Shown here: positions 57,166 to 64,000 of the stretch, one piece after another
Position numbering within the stretch: position 1 is the stretch's first letter
Layout: every line of letters begins with the position of its first letter
Source of the DNA: Camelus dromedarius
Taxonomy: Eukaryota
Assembly: GCF_036321535.1 (NCBI RefSeq)
Contig: NC_087436.1
Span: 25,112,001 to 25,176,000, forward strand
Length of the DNA: 64,000 nucleotides
Reading direction: 5' to 3'
Notes under the pieces: model-generated
The model's input: only the letters and a program-made list of their open reading frames with translations
Told to the model about the DNA's origin: nothing
Database searches by the model: none
Translations under genes and position numbers: made by a program

Positions 57166-57206
57166 AAAAAAAAAAGAAGAAGAAAAAAGGAAAAAAAAAA
57201 AAAAAA
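57166..57206 (+). repeat. Poly(A)/polypurine tract abutting the ARE
   Basis: 41 nt containing only A and G, ending in a 16-A run. Confidence 0.9.
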
Positions 57207-57208
57207 GA

Positions 57209-57220
57209 GCTGAGTAATGC
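57209..57220 (-). promoter_or_regulatory. Proximal ARE/EpRE-like element (NRF2-sMAF)
   Basis: GCTGAGTAATGC (reverse GCATTACTCAGC; TTACTCAGC versus ARE core TGACnnnGC), ~20 bp upstream of the AAREs, as in the xCT promoter. Confidence 0.75.
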
Positions 57221-57239
57221 TGGAGCCTTCTCATGTGGC

Positions 57240-57266
57240 TGATGCAAACCTGGAGAATTTGCATCA
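57240..57266. promoter_or_regulatory. Paired inverted amino-acid response elements (AARE/CARE; ATF4-C/EBP)
   Basis: TGATGCAAA (57240-57248), a 9-bp spacer, then TTTGCATCA (57258-57266). This is the arrangement known from the xCT promoter. Confidence 0.92.
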
Positions 57267-57304
57267 TCATCTAGCTAGAGTAAGTTGGTGTGACAGGCAG
57301 GAGC

Positions 57305-57311
57305 TTAAATA
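57305..57311 (+). promoter_or_regulatory. TATA-like box
   Basis: TTAAATA about 30 bp before the inferred TSS. Confidence 0.7.
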
Positions 57312-57334
57312 CCAGCCCACGAGGAAGCTGAGCT

Positions 57335-57623
57335 GGTCTGTAATGATAGGGCAGCTGCCGCAGCCGCCGCAGCAGAGGTAGTCGGGGAGGTGGGGGACCC
57401 GAGCACCATGAACGAACGCACAGGTGTTCCTGAGGAGTAATTAGATTGCTGAAGGCGAAAATACACCTTAGAGTCTTACCTGTGAGTACACTAGCACTGA
57501 GAAAGAATCTGAAAGCAAACGGGAGGAGATCGATCAGTCACACCAAGAGGCATCCAAGTTGAAAGTTTGTGGGCTTTATTTTTTTCCCTCTGTTTCCTGT
57601 TTCCTCACACGTGGGTCCCTGCA
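57335..57623 (+). other. SLC7A11: SLC7A11 5' UTR (exon 1 non-coding part); TSS approximate
   Basis: Starts ~30 nt after the start of TTAAATA, at GGTCTGTAATGATAGGG, which resembles the start of the human mRNA as I recall it. It contains a short GCC/GCA-rich CpG cluster. Confidence 0.75.
57408..57440 (+). other. Upstream ORF in SLC7A11 5' UTR (MNERTGVPEE*)
   Basis: gcaccATG AAC GAA CGC ACA GGT GTT CCT GAG GAG TAA, with A at -3. Whether it is translated is not shown. Confidence 0.55.
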
Positions 57624-57900
57624 ATGGTCAGAAAGCCCGTTGTGTCCACCATCTCCAATGGAGGTTACCTGCAGGGGAATGTTCAAGGGAGGCTGCCTTC
57701 CCTGGGCAGCAAGGAGCCACCTGGGCAGGAGAGAGTTGTGCTCAAGAAGAAAATCACTCTGTTGAGAGGAATCTCCATCATCATCGGCACCATCATTGGA
57801 GCAGGAATCTTCATCTCTCCCAAGGGCATCCTCCAGAACACGGGCAGCGTGGGCTTGTCTCTGGTTATCTGGACGGTCTGTGGGGTCCTGTCACTGTTTG
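57624..57900 (+). CDS. SLC7A11: SLC7A11 (xCT, cystine/glutamate antiporter light chain) coding exon 1
   Basis: ATG at 57624 in strong context (gcaATGG) encodes [92 protein letters not shown](G). This is the recognisable xCT N-terminus with the APC/LAT TM1 motif IGAGIF. The 277-nt coding part ends at a canonical donor G|GTGAGT (57900/57901), phase 1. Confidence 0.98.
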
Positions 57901-60105
57901 GTGAGTTGCAGCTGCTTCTCTGGGGGTGTGTCTGTGGAGCTGGGCAGTTTGCTCTCTGGGAGAGCAGAAGGGAATTTCTCAGGAGGGAATGAATGGCAAA
58001 GGGTACCCTCAGTTTTCGGATTTTTGGTGAGGTATGTGAACTATACAAACGCAGTGTCCACTGTTGGCAGAATCCTGAATTCTCTGAAATTGCTTCCTGT
58101 AGGCTGTGCTCTCTTTTCCTAAAACAGATTATCGTCTGACTTTTCCCTGTGGCCATGAGCACCAAAGCTAACTTTGATGACCCAGTAAAATACACTGAGC
58201 TTTCTGTCCCAGGCACTTGTGCTCAGTTACGTCTGTTTGGGGCATCTTGGCAGCTGGCATGCTGAATGAAACACCTGTGAAGTGAAACCCGGTGTGGCCT
58301 ATTTAGACACAGAACTGAGTGTTCAGCAGAAGTTTTTACTGACTTTTTATTTGGCAAAACAAACGGGTAGCAGTCTTTTCCTTTTTAATTTTTTAACGTT
58401 GTGTGCTTGTCAATTTCTGATATTCCTTGAAAAGTCCCTGACGTGGAAAGAAGTGTGATGGCATATAATTTAACCTCTGTCCTAAGTGAGAATAGTGCAA
58501 GTGTCCGAGCATATTTTACATTTTTTCAACCTTTGATCTCTCCCCAGTACCTCTAAACTTCTACAATCTAAACTGTAAAACTGGAATTAGGTGTTCGTTT
58601 GCTGTGTTTGCCCAGGTCTGTTTTCTTCATTAAGAGTTCACTTGGCCTCCAGAGACACAGACAATCTGTCCACCTGTTCACTGAGTTAGTCTCAGCAGAA
58701 CTGGTAGAAGAAGTATGATTCTTAATTTTTCTTCAAAATCTAGATCTCTATAGTAAAGAGGTAATAAATGCCCCCTCATGAGGTGGGAAAATTACTAGAA
58801 AGCTACTTGATTTAGTTGTAAAGGTGACAAAAACTGGTGAACGGTCAAGAAAATTAAATTTTATTTATGCTATGTGAAAAATGTCTGAGATATATTTGCT
58901 CTTCTTTGGCAAATAGTGTGCTTTGATTCCAAGAGATATTGGACATTAAAGTTACTAAGTCTTTGTCCTAACTCCAGGACCAAGTACTAACTCTTGGTCC
59001 TACATGTACCAACTCATTTATTCTTAAGGCCTTGCCATGTTTTAATGCATTGGTTTGAGCATTCATCTAGAAAACTCAAATTCCTATTATTAGGAAGAAG
59101 GTATTTTAAATCAAACTTGTTGAAACAAAGGCTTAGTATAGAAAAATCTACTCTATTTTTAAGTGTTTACAAAGAGTTAGTGGTATTCATATGGTGTGGC
59201 GTGCATGTTTATAGACAAAGAGAAACTTAATTGTTGATCTTCTTAAATGACTCTGTGCACCCTCAGCCTTTAATTGTCCACAACACTTGGTATACTCAGA
59301 ATAAGTCAATTATCTACTAGGAGAAACCTTCATCAGTTTCCTGGATTTTGCATACTATGTGCAGGCAGCTCCCACTATGTGATTCCACTTTTGTACACAA
59401 TAAATGGTTATTCATACATAATAAAGTGAATGGCTCTGAGCATTAAGCTAAAGTGATGCTGATTTGTACTATGAAAATATGCTTTTGCATAATTATATTA
59501 TCTCAAGAAGTTAACAAAAAAGCTAAAGGGACTAGCTAAACTTACACTGAGTTGGTATTCTTTGATTACTAATTGTAGGGAGTGTGTTCCTGAACTAATG
59601 TACTTATCTATATTTTCATTGCACTTGTCTTTTAGGTTACTGGGAACTTTTGACAGGAGTGCATTCCTAACAGGAAGCAAAGCAAAATATAAGAGAAAAA
59701 AATGTCATCATCTTAAAACTATAGAATTCTGGAACTAAAAATAAAGAATTTGTATATTTGGTTTACAACCTATTTTAAAGCCAGGGTTAATACATGGATG
59801 TTTGACATCCTGTTTTGAAGTTTTTTCATCTGGGGAAAGTGGTTATGGAGTTTGAGACCTTTAAATGAAAATTTCATTTGTCCAGAACTCAATTTAAACC
59901 TGGGATAACCATCCTGGAGTTTCAGCAAAGTATACACAGGACTAGGGATTGATTCTCTGGCGATAAATTCTGAGGTAGTTAAGACTCTTTCCAATAATAT
60001 TTTGTATTAGATGCTTTTCTGTACAGTCAACTAGCATGGCGAATGGTTTCCAGCAGAGAGTGAACTGCAACTAATTACAATCAGTTATAAACAGACAAAC
60101 TGTAT

Positions 60106-60325
60106 CAGTGATCCCCAAATATCAATCTGTAGACTTGTTACTTTAGAATTAGTTGTGTGAATTTTAAAATCACAGGTTTTCTTGAATGCTTCTATGGGAG
60201 AGTCTGGCTTCTCTTGGTTAGAGAGTAGGTCTGGGGTATGGTCTTAGCATTTGTTTTCTGTTTGTTTTTAAATAAAAAAAATTTTCCCAGGTGACTCTGA
60301 TACACTGGTAGGTTCAGGAATAGGA
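60106..60325. mobile_element. MER5-like element in intron 1
   Basis: gtaggtctggggtatgg...tcccaggtgactctgatacac. Confidence 0.55.
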
Positions 60326-60559
60326 TAAGTGACACTAAGATTTTGCTGATTATCTAAATTATATTCACATTGGAGAGGTCTACCTGAAGCTTTACTGAGT
60401 AGTAATAATTTCCTATACTTTTCATCTCCAGAGTAATTCAGGTAAAAGTTACACCTTACCTTTGGGTTCTTAGCAGCATGGATAGAACTTTTCACATAAT
60501 ATCAAGGTATATTTTTTCATTTTCTTGAGAATTAATTGCTTAAATGAGTAGATGCAACT

Positions 60560-60720
60560 GTATTTCATGAGGTGCTTTCTGTGTGTCACGCCCAGTGCTG
60601 TCCTTGACACCCATTTGCACATTTATACACACAAACCCCTTATAAGATAACGGTTGAGGTCTTTATTTTACAGAGGATGAAACTGAGGTTTGGGGAAGTT
60701 ACATAACTTGTGCAAGTCCT
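60560..60720 (-). mobile_element. MIR in intron 1
   Basis: ttttacagaggatgaaactgaggtttggggaagttacataacttg. Confidence 0.65.
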
Positions 60721-61437
60721 TGTGAGTTTTATTGCTACATGTTAAAATTTGGTTTATAATTCATTTTACTTAATGTACATAAATGTTATAGCACCCCTTT
60801 TTAAGAAGTATGTTGTTTCAACCGCCCAGAGTGTATACTTGAAAGACATCCAAGAAAAACTTTAAATATAGAATATCTGAGTCAAAATTCATTTTGTTGA
60901 CAAACAAAACATATCCTAAAAATGACATGAAGCCTTGCAAGGCCTTGAGTCCATGCTTTTCTGGGAGAGCAGATAAATCTTACTTATTCTGGTATGCCAC
61001 AGAAATATCATTTATTAAAAGGATTCTCAATATAATGATAATGAGGTCAATTTAGGATAATTCCTTGATGAGAAGTTATGTTCTTTGAAAAATAAGGATT
61101 AGCATCTATTTTCTCTTCTTTTCTTAGTCCCTTGTTCTTAAGGTTGAGATTCAAAATTCTCAGTAATATATTGTTTTTAAAGTTTGTCTTTACCATTTCA
61201 AGTAAAATTGCATTGTTTGAATAGAATTAACTAGATCTCAAATACGAGGAAGTTACAAGAGGAATTCGGAGGCTCTTAGGAATTGGATGACAGTTATTTA
61301 TTTTGAAAAAGTGATGTCATTCAGACCAAAGAATGTAATAACATCTCATGCAACATAAACGTTGCTGTATCCATTCTACTGCTGGATGACTTGGTGATAT
61401 TTTAACTTTGCACCTTTTCATTATAAATGTTTCACAG

Positions 61438-61564
61438 GAGCCTTGTCCTATGCTGAATTGGGAACCAGTATAAAGAAATCTGGCGGTCATTACACATACA
61501 TCCTGGAAGTCTTTGGCCCATTACCAGCTTTTGTGCGAGTCTGGGTGGAACTGCTCGTAATACG
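61438..61564 (+). CDS. SLC7A11: SLC7A11 coding exon 2
   Basis: Acceptor tttcacag|GAG and donor CG|gtaaga. The 127-nt exon continues in frame from exon 1: (G)[41 protein letters not shown](R), including the SLC7 signature YAELG..I..SGG.Y.Y. It is not in the ORF track; I translated it by hand. Confidence 0.97.
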
Positions 61565-61762
61565 GTAAGATCCTAGATAGAAAAGAATTAAGAAAAAAAT
61601 AAACCTTTTTGTTATTCCCTTTCTTGAATTATCTTGATTATTTTTAAGTAATTAGAAATGTGCATGTCATGGGACTATGTGGTAAACATGGCTACTTCAG
61701 GACATGAAATCTGTGATGAAACACCTTTCTCAATTAATGTTTTTTTTTTCCAATTTTTAAAA

Positions 61763-61940
61763 AAATGTTTTATTGAAGTGTAGTTGCTTTATAATGTTAG
61801 CTTCAGGTGTACAGCAAAGTGATTCAGATATACATACATATATATATGTGTATATATATATATGTATATGTATATATTCTTTTCAGATTCTTTTCCATTA
61901 CATGTTATTACAAGAAATTAAATGTATTTCCCTGTGCTAC
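61763..61940 (-). mobile_element. Older L1 3' end in intron 2
   Basis: ttattgaagtgtagttgctttataatgttagcttcaggtgtacagcaaagtgattcag with (TA)n. Confidence 0.8.
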
Positions 61941-61945
61941 TCAAT

Positions 61946-62346
61946 TTTTTTTTGCCATTCATCCATTTGTTTTTTTAACATTTTTTATTGATTTATTATC
62001 ATTTTACAATGTTGTGTCAAATTCCAGTGTAGAGCACAATTTTTCAGTTACACATGAACATGTATGTATTCATTGTCACATTTTTTTTCTCTGTGAGCCA
62101 CCGTAAGATCTTGTATATATTTCCCTGTGCTATACAGTATAATCTTGTTTATCTATTCTACAATTTTGAAATCCCAGTCTCTCTTCCCACCCCCGCCTCC
62201 TTGGCAACCACAAGTTTGTATTCTATGTCTGTGAGTTTATTTCTGTTTTGTGTTTATGTTTTTTGTTTTGTTTCGTTTTGTTTTGTTTTTAGATTCCACA
62301 TATGAGCGATCTCATATGGTATTTTTCTTTCTCTTTCTGGAAGTAA
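61946..62346 (-). mobile_element. Young camelid L1 3' end in intron 2, flanked by a TSD
   Basis: L1 3' UTR (ttggcaaccacaagtttgtattctatgtctgtgag...agattccacatatgagcgatctcatatggtatt) between direct repeats GCTACTCAAT (61936-61945 and 62347-62356). Confidence 0.85.
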
Positions 62347-63865
62347 GCTACTCAATGTTTTTAATGCGTTTTTGCCACTAGTAGTAGTTTGCCAGCCATG
62401 CCAAAGTTTCAGAGCAGCTGCTTTTCTTTAATATTCAGTTATTCTCTATGACATTTTCAGGAAGGATGTTGACCTGAAAAGGAGATGAAACATCAAAATC
62501 TACCTTGATGAGTCAGACCTTCTGTTTGATTATAAATCGTAATTAGACAATATTAAACATTATGCTATTAACTGGCATTTTTCCTTCTTGGAGGTTATGC
62601 CATGAAGTTATTTTAGTTTACTCAGTTTCGTGACTAGGAAACTTCTGTTCTTAACAGCTGAGTAAGTTGCCAAGTTCTATACTCTCCAAAGAAACAAAAT
62701 TTCACTTGTCATAAATGACTTATATCCTCATGTTAAACAAATCAGTGAACTACCATTGCAGAAAGCTTTTTTGATTTTATTGTTTTAAGAATGTGTTCCT
62801 CTTCCTGATTATCTCGTTTTAAAATCAAACCGAATAATGCTAAGTCATTCTGAATAGCAAATTTCCTCCAACTGTGTGGGAAACTTATGACATCACATGA
62901 GAAGTTGAGAGTATCACAGCTCCTTAAGGCAGACTACTCCCCTGAAACGTGACTCGCACATTCCGACGGCAAAGTTTAGCAGAAATAACTGTAGAACCTT
63001 GCTCTTACTGCAAACTTATCAGACATATACAGCTGAGAGCTCCTGTGAGCTTTTATCCTGTCCTGTGTGGCTAAGTGGCGAATGTAGAGCTCATAAGTAT
63101 GGACTTAACACTAATCTTGATTTTTATAGTCCTAGGAGTCCCTTTTTCAGCAGAGAGCTGAGAGTAGTGTTTACTTCTTTGTTAGGTCTGTTCTCATTTT
63201 AAACAATTCTGCAATACGTAAAACTTGCTATAACAAAATAATGATAAGGAAGTCTTTTGTTCCTTTTCTAACAACCAGAATTTGCCTGGGATGTGCCTTC
63301 CACTCTTTTCTGATAATCTGAATATTACTCTTCAAAGGTCAACTTAAATTCTGTCTTTTCCACAGTTAATTTCCTGTTCACTCTGGTTTATGGTATTTCT
63401 TTGCTCTCTTAATTCTTCTGAAAAATGCAGTCTCTGTTTCTCATTTGACATTTAGCATGATGTCCTGTAGTCTCCTTAATATTTCAGGCATCTGTGCTGT
63501 TTCCCTGTTAAAACTGCAAGCATTTCAAGCATATATGACCAGGTGTCACACTTTTTATAACCCCTCTACTGCTTACTTTAGTGCCCTAATTGTCAGATAT
63601 TAAATTCTTTTTGAACAAATGACCGAAAGATTAAGGTTTTAATATTTTGAATACAACATACTCAGCATTCCAGTGAGTGTACTACTTACTTAGATAGAGT
63701 GCTGGCTGGTCAGGAAGGTGGGCTTTGGAGCCTGATGTAGCTGGACTTGAGTCCCTCTTCAGCCCCGTATTGGCTAATTGTATTGGCTAATTAGCCGTGC
63801 TTTGGCTAATTGCTTAGCAGTATGATGAACATGATTGCTCCAATTGCAATAGTAGCACCAATACA

Positions 63866-64000
63866 GTGCTCATTCATTTATTCATTCATTCCACAAACTG
63901 CTACTGAATGGTGTATGGCCAGTTAAAGAGATCTAATGTGGAATAAGCCGCAATTTCTGTTCTCAAGTAGCTCATAATCAAATGTTACTTGAATCCCAAG
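63866..64000 (-). mobile_element. L2 3' end fragment
   Basis: (ATTC)n followed by acaaactgctactgaatg. Confidence 0.5.

Noticed and set aside
57567..57992. 141-aa ORF as a full protein (TTG-initiated extension plus intron read-through)
   Set aside because: The true start is the strong ATG at 57624, and similarity to xCT stops at the GT donor at 57901. The remainder is intron.
57683..58216. 177-aa antisense ORF and the other overlapping ORFs at exon 1
   Set aside because: These are shadow frames of a GC-richer coding exon with no recognisable product.
61435..61440. NAGNAG tandem acceptor (CAG GAG) at exon 2
   Set aside because: GAG is a very poor distal acceptor, and using it would delete the conserved Gly. 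There is no evidence of use.
1..64000. CRISPR arrays, operons or prokaryote-type defence systems
   Set aside because: The sequence is mammalian; there are no regularly spaced repeat-spacer arrays or long intact ORFs.

Overview
This is AT-rich, CpG-depleted mammalian genomic DNA, most likely from a camelid (camel, alpaca or llama). That call rests on a Vic-1-type tRNA-derived SINE at 41281-41408 and camelid-type L1 3' ends. The first ~57 kb is gene-free upstream sequence full of LINE-1, L2, MIR, MaLR/ERV1 solo LTRs and hAT/Tc-mariner DNA transposon relics. The last ~7 kb holds the promoter, 5' UTR and first two coding exons of SLC7A11 (xCT, the cystine/glutamate antiporter light chain) on the + strand: coding exon 1 at 57624-57900 and exon 2 at 61438-61564, with the gene continuing past the window. 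The promoter shows the known NRF2 ARE-like element, paired inverted ATF4 AAREs and a TATA-like box. I found no evidence of a new multi-gene system, and almost all listed ORFs are repeat debris or shadow frames. The observations most worth checking are a strong-Kozak uORF in the 5' UTR, an apparently degenerate p53 element around the TATA box, candidate enhancer clusters, three related ERV1 solo LTRs (the sense-oriented one lacking its poly(A) signal), a locally templated ~90-bp insertion inside an L1, a twin-primed L1 and nested L1 insertions in intron 2. Repeat family names and comparisons to human come from recognition and memory, not from database searches.
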